From contig NC_058369.1 in the NCBI RefSeq assembly GCF_018350175.1, positions 11,720,001-11,780,000 on the forward strand: DNA of 60,000 nt, read 5' to 3'. The translations under genes were made by a program, and so were the position numbers. The notes beneath the pieces were generated by a model, which was not told the origin of the DNA, made no database searches, and saw nothing but the letters and a program-made list of their open reading frames with translations. Source of the stretch: Felis catus (lineage: Eukaryota). Of this stretch, positions 41,297-52,569 are shown piece by piece; position 1 is the stretch's first letter, and the number at the start of each line of letters is the position of its first letter.

Positions 41297-43308
41297 CGTG
41301 TGTATTTATTTATTTGTATATTAGAATCCAGAGAAGCCCATTTGTTACTCACGGAAATAAGGGTGGCCATAGAATTGTAGCCATGGTTCCTCATTCTAAA
41401 ATTCTTCTGAGAGCTACATGATGCTTTTATCTGTACATGCAACCAACCATGCCTCCATCATAGGAGAGGTACCTCTACACTATGAATCTTGGAACTTATA
41501 TAGGACTGCTGATACATCTGCCCCTTCTTCTTCTTCTCCTCCTCCTCTGCCTATGTCTTGTCTTCCTCCCCTCCCCTTCCCCCTCCTCCTCCCTTCCCCC
41601 CTCCTCCTTTTCTTTCTCCTTCTTTCTCTTTCTTCTCCTTCTCCTTCTCCTTCTGTGTGTGTGAGAAAGAGAGAGAGAAGTAGAGAAAAGTGTTTTGGAG
41701 TGTAAACCAATTGTCTTCACCAAGAAGGCAAAGTCTACAGGTTCTGTTGGCTTATCACCAGGGGAGATAAGGAATCTCTGGATTTACTATCCTAGAATGA
41801 GAGCAAATGGCTCCGGAGCAATGCTCATTTCCAACTTCCAAGGGAAGTTGTCATTCAGTCTCCCGTAATCCAGGTGGCCAATAACTTCTTTCCAGTAAGT
41901 CCTCACCATGTAGAAACATGAAGATATTCATGGATCACTGATCCCTCTCACCAGGGACAAAACAGGAGGCAAAGAGGCCACGGAGGAGAAGGCCTGTGGG
42001 GTGGGGCCTCTGGTAATAGTTTCTGGATGGATTATGGAGCTTCAGAGATTGTCTCAAGTTAGGCTTATGAGCTCTCAGAGTGGATATGATTTGCTGTGTG
42101 TGCGGGCGGGTGGGGTGGAGTGGCCTTATACTCTCTCCAGGACAAAGATGGAAAACAATTGTCAGATGAGGATATCCGAGCTGAAGCTGACACCTTCATG
42201 TTTGGGGGTAAGCATCCCAGTGTGGGACTGCAGGGGGTAGGAGTCTGTCCAATCCCAGGGACTTGGCAGGTGGGCCCTGGACCACCCCATCCCACCCCAT
42301 CTTCCCCATCCTCCCTGAGGGCCCTAACGGAGGGCGCTGTCCGCCCTCTGGTGCTGAACAAGCCCAGAGACCCAAGCCTGTCTGGCTGCCTCTCAGGCCA
42401 TGACACCACGGCCAGTGGTCTCTCCTGGGTCCTGTACAACCTTGCGAAGCACCCAGAGTATCAGGAGCGCTGTCGGCAGGAGGTGCAAGAGCTCCTGAGG
42501 GACCGTGAGCCTAAAGAGATTGAATGGTGAGTGCAGGTCCTCATGTCCTGTTCTGAACCCCTCTCATTGGCTTTGCTCCCCTGCTGGGGAAGGGGAAAGA
42601 ACTTTTTGTTGATTGTGTCATTATTGCTTAGAGAGACTAGGAGCAGAATCCAGAGGCAGGGGTATGGTACCTAGCCTGGAGAGCAGGGGAAAGTGACAGA
42701 AAGATCTGGACTGCTAAGAGAATTATTGACAATTGTGAAGGCAGATGATACCACTTAGCACATATTCTGTAAGTGAACTTCCACTCCACTCCCTTACTTT
42801 TCTCTCCTAAATCACACTCTCTCTGCCCCCCAAATATCTTCACTCCCTGAGTTTTTGCTTGTCTCTTGCCTCCTAACTCCTTCAATACTGTTCAGCCTAG
42901 GATTCATGGGGGACACCTAGGGATTGAAATCATTCAATTCTTGTCCAGGAACACCTTCATTCATCCTGTCCCCAATCAGAGAACACTGCCGCACTGCCTT
43001 TCTGTCCCCAGTTGTGTGCCATATCCAATTCTACCAGCCCATTCTGTGTCCTGGAGCTCCAGCCTGCTGGGGGAATAGACTCAGATCAGGACACCCTGGG
43101 TTCACCCCCTGGGCAGGGATAGGATGGAGAGTAAGAGAGGCAAGGATAAGAGTAGAGAGAGTGTCTCAGCTGAGACCCTGAGTGATGATCAGTAGGTGTT
43201 TGGGTACAGTTGGGGTGCAGTTAATTCAAGAGGACAGGGTGGACAAAAGGGAAGAGGAGGGGAGGAATGGAAGAGGGAGAGGGAGAAGAGAGAGGGAAGG
43301 AGGGAGAC

Positions 43309-43363
<55 letters not shown>

Positions 43364-44154
43364 CTTAAGTAGTCTCCACGCTTACTGGAGAGGCCGACAT
43401 AGGACTCCATCACTTGAACCTTGAGATCATGACCTGAGATGGAATCAAGAGTCGGACACTCAACAAACTGAACCACCCAGGCACCCCCAGGAAGATCTTT
43501 CTAGGGCTAGTGTGGGAAACATACTGGAGAGGACAAGCTGTTGCATGGGGACCAGGAAAATGATTCTGAGGCCTGGGACAGGCCAGGGTCTGGGGGATGT
43601 TGAAGAGGCATTGGACTGGACAGGCATTTTTTACATAATATTTTCCACTCCAAGCCTTCGCTCAGCACAGCAGTCCTGTGAGGTAGGGAAATATTTTTAA
43701 GCTTTTTCAACAAGACTTCAAACAAAATTATACACTTGGTAAAAAAAAAAAAGACTATACAAAACAGAGTTTAGAGTAGAAATGAACTTTTAAAAAAATC
43801 CTTGCCCTAGGAGGAACACTTGTCAGTGATTTTCTGTGTATCCTTCCAGAAGACATCTATCTTTATACCCACATTTATATGAAAACTATCTCCTCTCCCC
43901 TTCCAAGTGGGAATTAAGGTCTACACATTAACAACATATCCTTGAGATCTCTTCCTTTTCCCAGAATATGAGTTTTTGAAAAATAGTTTTGAATTACAAA
44001 AACAATGATGAGAACAAGTTCTTCTTGTTCTGAGACGTTACAAAGGAGACTATGGTTATCATTAACATCCTCCCCTGCCAACTTAATCCCCTTTCTGTCT
44101 CTTGAGGGGTTTTTAAACTTTTAGACTCATTGATTTGCTATGTCTCTTTCCATA

Positions 44155-44187
<33 letters not shown>

Positions 44188-46657
44188 TATCTATCGATAA
44201 CTATCTATCATCTACCTATGTATCATCCATCTATCATCTATATCATCTATCATCTATCTATCATCCATTATCTATCGATCTATCTATCATCTATCTAGCT
44301 ATTATCTATTATCTATCATTATCTATCATCTATTATCCATCATCTATCTATCACCTATATCACCTATCTATCATCTATCATCTATATAATCTTTTTGTCC
44401 ATTAACACATTTTGCATTTCCATATACATACTGTTTGTAACTTGTTCCATTCACTCAAAAGTGTGTCTTATAGCTCCTTCTCTCTGTGTGCTGCAAAGCT
44501 TTCAGTGGTTTACTTCATTCACCCCTTTGTTAAGGACCCTTATGTTAGTATTCTCAATTAGAGTAGACATTGCTGAATTGCTTTCCAGAGTCTCTGTTTT
44601 GATTTTCCTTTCATCCTACAGTGTGTGATAGGACTTGTGAACCATATTCCCCGCATTCATCCATTCACTCATTCAGTGATAGAGATGGAAAGTGCAAGCA
44701 GAGGAGGGGCAGAGAAAGAATCCCAAGCAGAGCCCAATGCAGAGCCAATGCCCATTGCCCATGCAGAGCCCAATGTGGGACTTTGACCCATGAATTGTGA
44801 GATCATGCCCTGAGCTGAGACCAAGAGTTGGAGTCTTAACTGACTGAGCCACTTAGGTGTCCCCCATATTCCTCCTTTAAAAATTAAAAACAATTTTTTA
44901 TTTGTGTGAGAGAGAGCATGCAAGCAGGAAAGAGGAGTAAGGAAGAAGGTGAGAGAGAGAATCTCAAGCAGGCTCCATGCTCAGCACAGAGCCCAGTGCT
45001 TGATCCCACAAGCTTAGGATCATGACCTGAGCTGAAATCAAGAGTTGGACACTCAACCAACTGAACCACCCAGGTGCCCCCTACTTCCTCCTGTTTTGAT
45101 CGCTGTGTGATATTCTAACATATGGCTGTACTATAATTTCTCTTAACATCTCCCATTGATGGATATTTGGATTGTTTCTACTTTTTTACTAAAACAAACA
45201 ATAAGTCAGCATCTGTGAACACTGGGCCACACTTACACATGTAAAGGTCTCTCCACTGCAAATTTCCAGAAGGACAATTGCTGAGTCAAAGACAGTTTCA
45301 GTTTTTGTCATCTTAATAGCTATTTCAGATCTGTTCCTATCAGCTGAATTTGATGTTACCACCTTTCCCATACCTATAGAATTATTGTATTGAATTTTAA
45401 ATCTTTGCCAATTTTTCATATTTCCTCTTTTAATGAATATTTATTTAAATAAGGGGTTGAACATCTTTTGCACATTTTGGGGGCTACTCCCAACATTTTA
45501 AATACTGAGGTATCATTTATATACATCATATTAGTTTCAGGTGTACAAAAAGTGCGTTGATATTTGTATATATTACAAAATGATCACCACAATTAGTTTG
45601 CTGACATTTTTCACCATACATAATTATAGAATTTTTTTTCTTGTGATGAGAACTTTTAAGATCTACTCTCTTAGCGACTTCCAAATATACACTACAGCAG
45701 TATTAATCACAGTATTATTAATTATAGTCAACTATAGCCAATACAGTATTATTAACTAAAATACAGTAACTATGTAATGCTGTACATTACATCCCTATGA
45801 CTTAATTATTTTATAACTGAAAGTTATCCTTCACCCATTTGCTTACCTACACCCCCACCCCCACCCCTCACAACAACCACCCTATTCTCTGTATCTAGGA
45901 GCCTGTTTTTGTTGTTGTTTGTTCATTTCTTCAGATTCTACACATAAGTTAGATCATACAGTGCTTGTCTTTCTCTTTCTGACTTATTTCACTTAGCACA
46001 ATGCCCTTAAGATCCCTCCATGTTGTCTCAAATGGCAAGATGTCTTTTTATGGCTGAGTAATATTCCACTGCATGTATATATCACATTTTCTTTATCCAT
46101 TCACCTATTGATGGACACAGCTGTTTTTCATAACCTTGGCTATTATAAATAATGTTGCAATGAACATAAGTTTACGTATATCTTTTTGAGTTAGTGTTTT
46201 CATCTTCTTTGGATAACTACCCAGAAGTGAGATTGCTGGATAGCATGATAGTTGTAGTTTTTAATTTTTTTGAGGAAACTTCGTACTATTTTCCACAGTG
46301 GCTGCATGAATTTAAAACCCCACCAACAGTGCCCAGGGTTCCTTTTTCTCCACATCCTCATCAGCATTTGTTATTTCTTGTCTTTTTGGTAATAGCCGTG
46401 CTAACAGCTGTGAGGTGTGAGGTGATTTTTCCTTGTGGTTTTGACTTGGAATTCCCTGATAATTAATGATTTTGAGCATCTTTTCATATACTTATTCATC
46501 ATTTGTGTGTCTCTTTAAAAAAAATGTCTATTCAGGGGTGCCTGGGTGGCTCAGTCAGTTGAACGTCTGACTCTTGATTTCAGCTCAGGTCATGATCCCA
46601 GGGTCATGGGACTGAGACCCGCACTGAGCTCTGTGCTGAATGTGGAGCCTGCTTGAG

Positions 46658-46703
<46 letters not shown>

Positions 46704-49700
46704 TCTCCCCCTTTGCCACTCTTCCACACTGTCCCCTGCCTCCCCTCTAAAAAAATAAATAAAAATAAAATGTTTATTCTGATCATTCTTCTGCATACAT
46801 TGATAAGCCATTTGTATTTCTTGTTATGTGATTAGTACTCATCTTTATTTTTCTCTTTGAGTTTTTCTCTTTTTTTCATATTTACTTACAATAACTCATT
46901 TAAAGATTGCCTTTTGACTTTTGAGGGGCACTTCTAGTTAATTGTTATGGAGACAGATTTGTCCAAATTTTCTTTTACAGTCATACTGTCTAGCCTTATG
47001 CTAGGGTTTTGTGGGCTTTTCTTACCAGATGTTAGGGCTTCACTTACTTGTCTCTCCTGTTCCATGGGTCTATTTTCCTATTTTTGCAGCAATGCCACAC
47101 TGTTTTTTGTTTGTTTGTGTGTTTGTTTGTTTTACCACTGCATCTTTGTAATAAGTCTTTTTTTCTTTAAAAATTTTTTTAATGTTTATTTATTTTTGAG
47201 ACAGAGAGAGACAGAGCATGAATGGGGGAGGGTCAGAGAGAGGGAGACACAGAATCTGAAACAGGCTCCAGGCTCTGAGCTGCCAGCACAGAGCCCGACA
47301 CGGGGCTCAAACTCACGGACCGTGAGATCATGACCTGAGCCGAGGTCGGCCGCTTAACCGACTGAGCCACCCAGGCGCCCCTGTAATAAGTCTTAATACC
47401 TGGTAGAGTGAGTTCCTTTTCTTTAATATTTCACTAAATATTTTTTCTTTAATGGTTATTTATTTTTGAGAGAGATAGAGAGAGAGCAGGGAAGGGACAG
47501 AGAGGGAGACACAAAATCTGAAGCAGGATCCAGGCTCTAAACTGTCAGCACAGAGCCTGATGTGGGGCTTGAACTCATAAACCGTGAGATCATGACCTGA
47601 GCTGAAATTGGCTGTTTAACTGACCAAGCCACCCAGGTGCCTCTTTGATATTTCATTTTTAAAATGACCTAGCATTTCATGATCTTCTATTCTTTTGGAA
47701 ACGTTTTGGATTAAGTTTATCAAGTTCTTAAAACTACCAGGTAGATTTTCATTTGAATTGAACATATTCTATAGGTTGACTTGAATATATGATTGACTTG
47801 TGGAAAACAGATTACTTCATAAAATGAATGCATACCATTCTAGAATGTGGAAGAAATACCCCATTTTTGGATACTGAAATACTCTTTAGTCTTTTAATAA
47901 AGTCCAAAATTTTTCTTAGAGATCTTATACATTTTTGGTTAAATTAACCCTAAGATATATTTTTTTAATGTTTATTTTTGAGAGAGAGAGAGAGCAAGTG
48001 CATGCTCTAGTGGGGGAGGGGGAGGCAGAGGATCTGAAGTGAGCTCTGAGCTGACAGCAGAGAGCCTGATGTGGGACTTGAACTCACGAGGACTGAGATC
48101 ATGACCTCAGCCAAAGATGGACACTTAAATGACTGAGCCACCCAGGCACCACAACCCTAAGATACTTTCATTGCTATGGTGAATCATATCTTCTATTGGG
48201 ATTGAGAGAAGTTTATAAATTCATTTGGAATATAGAGATTTCATATCTAAGTTTAATCCAGGTATTTATTTCTTCTTCTTCTTCTTCTTCTTCTTCTTCT
48301 TCTTCTTCTTTTTCTTTTATTTTTTCTAATTAGTTGTTATTTCAACATAGAAAAACAATTTTTTTCATATGCATATAAATTTTGTGCCAGTGAACATAGT
48401 AAATACTAAGTATGGAGTCTTGTATCCAAAAACATGTTTTCAATAAAAGCTTTTGGAACAACTGGGGAGCTATCCAGAAAAAAGTTAACTCAACCTGCTT
48501 CTCATGTATTGTAACATGACAACATCAGGGTGGAATCAAATATTTAAAAAATTTTTAATGTTTATTTATTTTTGAGAGAGAGAGAGAAAGAGACAGCACA
48601 AGTGGGGGAGAAGCAGAGAGGAGAGGGAGACACAGAATCTGAAGCAGGCTCCAGGCTCTGAGTTGTCAGCACAGAGCCTGGTGTGGGGCTCAAACTCACA
48701 AACCATGAGATCATGACCTGAGCCGAAGTTGGATGCTTAACCTACTGAGCCACGCAGGTGCCCCAGGATGGAATCAAATTTAAAATAAAAAATAAAAGTG
48801 CCTTAAACGCTTTAGAGAAAACTGTGGGAAATTATTTTATAGCTCCATAATAAGGAAGCCCTTATTTTTGACAAAAGTCCCAGGAAATATACAAGAAGAG
48901 ATTGCTGTACTGTTGCCTGAAAAAGATAAAGAGCAGTGTGTATAGTATATAGTATGCTACTGTATAATTTTTTTAATGCAAAAAAGTAGCTCTGGGAGAA
49001 TACATTAAAAAAAAAAAGAACCTAGGCAAACTGTGAGGATGGGAAATGAGTGAGTTGAGTCGTAAGAATGGTGTTTTATAATTTTCCAGTTTTGAGCCAA
49101 TTAACTATATCATTAAAATTTACATCACCACACAAATTGAAGGGGATTAAAGAAAAAGAATTCACCCCCACGCCCCCTTACTGGATCTTCAATGTTTATA
49201 AAAGGTTTCTGGTGTACTCTCTTGTGTTTTCTAAGCATAAAATCACTATCTGCCAACAATGACACACTTACCCCCACATTTCAGATTGCCTTACTCTCTT
49301 TTTTTCTTGTCTAATTGCATTAGCTAGGATCTCTAGTACCATGAGAAATAAAACATTGGATCTGTTTCTTTTGTTTCCTACTCATTGCCTTTTGATTTTG
49401 CTCTCTTGCAGTAAACAATATTTAATTTTTATGCAAAATCGTAAACCTTTTTATGGTTGGATTTTGGGTGTTGTACTTTGCGCAGAAAACCTTCTAAAAA
49501 TACCCAGCTAAATTTCCTCTCCTATTTCTGTGATACTGCCCTTCTTTTCCAAATACCACTTTATCGAGGTGTGATGGACACATTAAAAAGCTGTACATCT
49601 TTAAGGCGCACAACTTAATGGGTTTGGAGATATTTGATCCATCTGGAATTTATTTCGTTATAGGGAGAGATGATCTTATGGGGCAGTAGAGAACTGGGGT

Positions 49701-50908
49701 GGGGGTGGGGGGTAAGGGTCTCTGTTTTTGCTCCCTGGATAACTGTTGCGGGGCGGGGGGGGGGAGGGGTCCTTAGGGACGACCTGGCCCAGTTGCCTTT
49801 CCTGACCATGTGCATCAAGGAGAGTCTGCGGTTGCACCCCCCGGTCACAGTCGTCTCCCGCTGCTGTACCCAGGACGTCGTGCTCCCAGATGGCCGGGTC
49901 ATCCCCAAAGGTGCCCACAACACCAGGGGGAGGAGCCTCGTGGGCAGGAAGAGGGGCTCATCAGGCAGGGTGAAACCCTTCCTGACTGGCCCCTCCCCTC
50001 CCACAGGTGTTATCTGCCTCGTTAGTATTTTCGGGACCCACCACAATCCATCCGTGTGGCCAGACCCCGAGGTGCTGCCTCCTCCTCCCTCCCCTCCACC
50101 CACCCTCATCCTTGGCCACTTCCCTAGCGGGGCCTAAGGGAGGGCTCAGGGTTCTGACCTGGCAAATCGCTCCCTCCATGAAATGCACACCTGTGTCTCC
50201 AAAGCCGGCTGTCCTGGGAAACCCCATCCAACAGTCCCGCGTCTCTCCGCCCCCAGGTATACAATCCTTTCCGCTTTGACCCAGAAAACATCAAGGAAAG
50301 GTCTTCCCTGGCTTTTATTCCCTTCTCCGCGGGGCCCAGGTGAGTGCAGCGCGCATCTGACGAGGGGATGAGGTGGTGAGGGCAGGGTCCTGGGCCTGAG
50401 ATCCCAGACGTGGCTGTGCGGGCGGAAAAGGGGGTGTTGAGGATGGTTCTCCTTCTCTCCCCTCCTCCAGAGGTTGGGGGTAAAGGCCTGGGCAGTGGGG
50501 GGTGGCTGGGTCCAAGGAGGGCTCCGCAGTGTGCTCAGAGCCCCTTCCCTCTGTCTGGGAGCTCAGGGCTGGGATCTGAGCCAAGCTCAGGGACCCCCAT
50601 ATGGGGGTCCCGGGCACGGTTAGTCCCCTCTGATATCCCTGCGGGCGGGGCTGGCGGTCCCGGGCCAGGTTCGGGGCGCGACGGGACCTGCTGGGGTCCC
50701 TGGCGAGTGAGTGCCCACTGCCGCCCGCAGGAACTGCATCGGGCAGTCGTTCGCCCTGACCGAGATAAAGGTGGTCCTGGCGCTCACGCTGCTGCGCTTT
50801 CGGGTCCTGCCCGACAAGGAGGAGCCGCGCAGGAAGCCGGAGCTCATCCTGCGCGCCGAGGGCGGGCTTTGGCTGCGGGTGGAGCCGCTGAGTGCGGGCC
50901 CCCAGTGA
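32988..50908 (+). CDS. CYP4F3: CYP4F3-like cytochrome P450, gene B (522 aa per isoform; mutually exclusive exons 3 and 4)
   Basis: Spliced CDS 32988-33179, [35116-35260 OR 36479-36623], 37750-37803, 37905-38032, 39891-40012, 40751-41021, 42141-42207, 42397-42526, 49777-49910, 50007-50071, 50257-50339, 50731-50908. Exon 4 peptide [48 protein letters not shown] closely resembles human CYP4F3A exon 4. Symbol is by resemblance (CYP4F2/CYP4F3 clade). Confidence 0.9.
35116..35260 (+). CDS. CYP4F3: Gene B alternative exon 3 (CYP4F3B/liver-type; [48 protein letters not shown])
   Basis: gtag| ... |gtactc; 145 nt, open. Confidence 0.92.
36479..36623 (+). CDS. CYP4F3: Gene B alternative exon 4 (CYP4F3A/neutrophil-type)
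   Basis: ttcag| ... |gtagac; 145 nt, open. Confidence 0.93.
37750..37803 (+). CDS. CYP4F3: Gene B exon 5 (54 nt)
   Basis: [22 protein letters not shown]. Confidence 0.93.
37905..38032 (+). CDS. CYP4F3: Gene B exon 6 (128 nt)
   Basis: [12 protein letters not shown]...VNVMH; GT-AG. Confidence 0.94.
38857..39308 (-). mobile_element. LTR40-like solo LTR in gene B intron 6
   Basis: tgtgaagggcctgggatt...ttgcaagctaa start, ...ctctttcaaca end; family by recognition. Confidence 0.5.
39891..40012 (+). CDS. CYP4F3: Gene B exon 7 (122 nt)
   Basis: AKWKRL...SNCQ; GT-AG. Confidence 0.94.
40751..41021 (+). CDS. CYP4F3: Gene B exon 8 (271 nt)
   Basis: [10 protein letters not shown]...DVLLLTK; GT-AG. Confidence 0.94.
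41217..41950 (-). mobile_element. LTR40/41-like solo LTR in gene B intron 8 with internal (TG)n and CT-rich expansions
   Basis: tgtgaagggcctgagattttac start, ...gatccctctca end. Confidence 0.45.
42141..42207 (+). CDS. CYP4F3: Gene B exon 9 (67 nt)
   Basis: [26 protein letters not shown]. Confidence 0.94.
42397..42526 (+). CDS. CYP4F3: Gene B exon 10 (130 nt)
   Basis: Identical in sequence to gene A exon 10. Confidence 0.94.
44150..44392. repeat. Degenerate (TCTA/TCA)n microsatellite
   Basis: Directly visible. Confidence 0.9.
45495..46534 (-). mobile_element. Older L1 (L1M-type) 3' fragment in gene B intron 10
   Basis: Reverse-complement L1 3' motifs (ttttatggctgagtaatattcca; tttgaggaa...ttttccacagtggctgca). 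Confidence 0.8.
49777..49910 (+). CDS. CYP4F3: Gene B exon 11 (134 nt)
   Basis: [32 protein letters not shown]. Confidence 0.93.
50007..50071 (+). CDS. CYP4F3: Gene B exon 12 (65 nt)
   Basis: [19 protein letters not shown]. Confidence 0.93.
50257..50339 (+). CDS. CYP4F3: Gene B exon 13 (83 nt)
   Basis: [10 protein letters not shown]...FSAGP; GT-AG. Confidence 0.93.
50731..50908 (+). CDS. CYP4F3: Gene B last coding exon (NCIG to TGA)
   Basis: gcag|G AAC TGC; stop at 50906-50908. Confidence 0.94.
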
Positions 50909-51247
50909 CCCGCCAGCTCCCCCTGGCTTGGGATCCACCCCGACCCTACACACGTCACCTGGCGGATTCCCAGGACTAGAACTGTGTGGTCTCCTCTGCC
51001 GGGGCGCCACTGACAGCCAGCAGGGGGCGCTCGGGACCTGCGGGAACGCAGGGAGGGGTAGAGGGGTGGGAGTAGGGGTGGGGGTGGGGTGGAGGCGTGG
51101 GAGTAGGGGTGGGGGTGGGGTGGAGGGTGTGTGAGCGCAAGACCTTGACAACCTTTCCAGCTGACCACAGGCATGCGCCCATGCTGATTGCGGGTTCTCC
51201 CAAAATCAAATCTATGGTCACTCCAGATCTCCAGTGAACAGATAGAG

Positions 51248-51253
51248 AATAAA
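51248..51253 (+). terminator. Candidate polyadenylation signal of gene B
   Basis: First AATAAA seen after the stop codon (about 340 nt downstream). Confidence 0.6.
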
Positions 51254-51484
51254 ACAAAGAAAAGCATACTAAAACTGTAAATTTTCCCAATAGTCTCTAA
51301 ATGCAACAACTGGTAAGGGGTCTCCAGACTGCCTGCCAGCCCTCCCTCCATATACCTCCTGCTCCTTACACACGCATCATATCTCACATCAGAGTGCTAC
51401 ATTTGTTCCAAAGGAGGGAACTACATTGACACATCATTATTATCTTGGTGTTGTGTATTCGGTGGATTTTGACAAATGGATAAT

Positions 51485-52077
51485 TGAAAGAGGGTGCTGT
51501 CGAAAAACACCACCAGACGCTGAATAGAAGCGGGGCAAGATTTTATTCATGGCTGGGCCAAACCTGATCTCCTGATCTTAAGGAGAAAAGTGCAGAGAAT
51601 GGCCCCGAACAAAGGTAGCAGTGAGCTTATATGGATTTTAGCAAGTCAGAATACATCATTATTTAGTTAACCAATTACAATTTACAACATTTCATGGTAG
51701 CCAATTATATTGTGACATACAGACCTTAGTTTTGGTGGGAACCTATCAATTTAAAGTTCTTTGTCCTAAAAGGGTTTAAAATGACCAATCATAGTTAGAC
51801 ACCTAAGATACCATGAGGCAGTGAGTTGGAGACTTTTTACTTGTTGGTCTTTGCCTAGGCCAGATGTTGGTAGAAGGGATAGGGGAGCGTTTTGCAACCT
51901 AAGTTATCCATTTAGCAAGCAGGCGAAGTTATGGAAGCGAGATAGGGCGGTTAGTAATTTCCTATAACCCTAATAGGAAACTACATAAGCTTTTATCTCA
52001 ATTATTCATGAAAGGTGAGTTTAAGCCAAACTTATATACAATAAGCTTTCTGATATCTTATAAGTTGACCTATTACA
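51485..52077 (-). mobile_element. Solo ERV LTR (593 bp) inserted in an old L1 fragment
   Basis: TG...CA termini, 5-bp TSD ATAAT, minus-strand AATAAA and TATA-like motif. Confidence 0.8.
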
Positions 52078-52569
52078 ATAATGACATGTATCCACTATTA
52101 TAGTATCATACAGAGTAGTTTACTGCCTTAAAACACCCCTGTGCTCTGCCTCTTCATCTCTTCCTCCCCTCAGCCCCTGGCAACTACTGATATTTTTACT
52201 TTTTCCGTAGTTTTGTCTTTTCCAGGATGTACGGCAGTTGGAATCATATTGTATGTAGAATTTTCATGCTGGCTTCTTGTACTTAGTAATAGGCATTTAA
52301 ACTTCCTTCATGTCTTTTCTGGACTAGATGGCTCGCTTGTTTTTAGTGCGGAATAAAATTCCGTTGTAGGATGTATTATCTATTCATTCACCCACTCTGA
52401 TTTATTTTTAATCAGGTTCATGTGTTACTAAACCAAAATAAATATTTAAATGTAATATAATATCAAATACGAAGATATGGAAAAGAGAAAGGAAACCAAA
52501 TAAAAACAAAACACTCAGGGCACCAAGAAAACTAGTAAATCTGAATTATTTCCTAATGAAGCAAACTTT

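Larger units (their letters stand above)
43290..48764. mobile_element. Multiple Can-SINEs in gene B intron 10 (about 43290-43487, 44660-44865, 44885-45080, 46535-46770, 47160-47381, 47440-47642, 47960-48150, 48545-48764)
   Basis: SINE consensus matches; e.g. TSD tgtaataagtctt around 47160-47381. Confidence 0.85.

Noticed and set aside
50315..51387. Long antisense ORFs (255-278 aa; also 20542-21219)
   Set aside because: GC-rich, stop-poor antisense of the last exon; frames and ends are not conserved between paralogues and no recognisable protein
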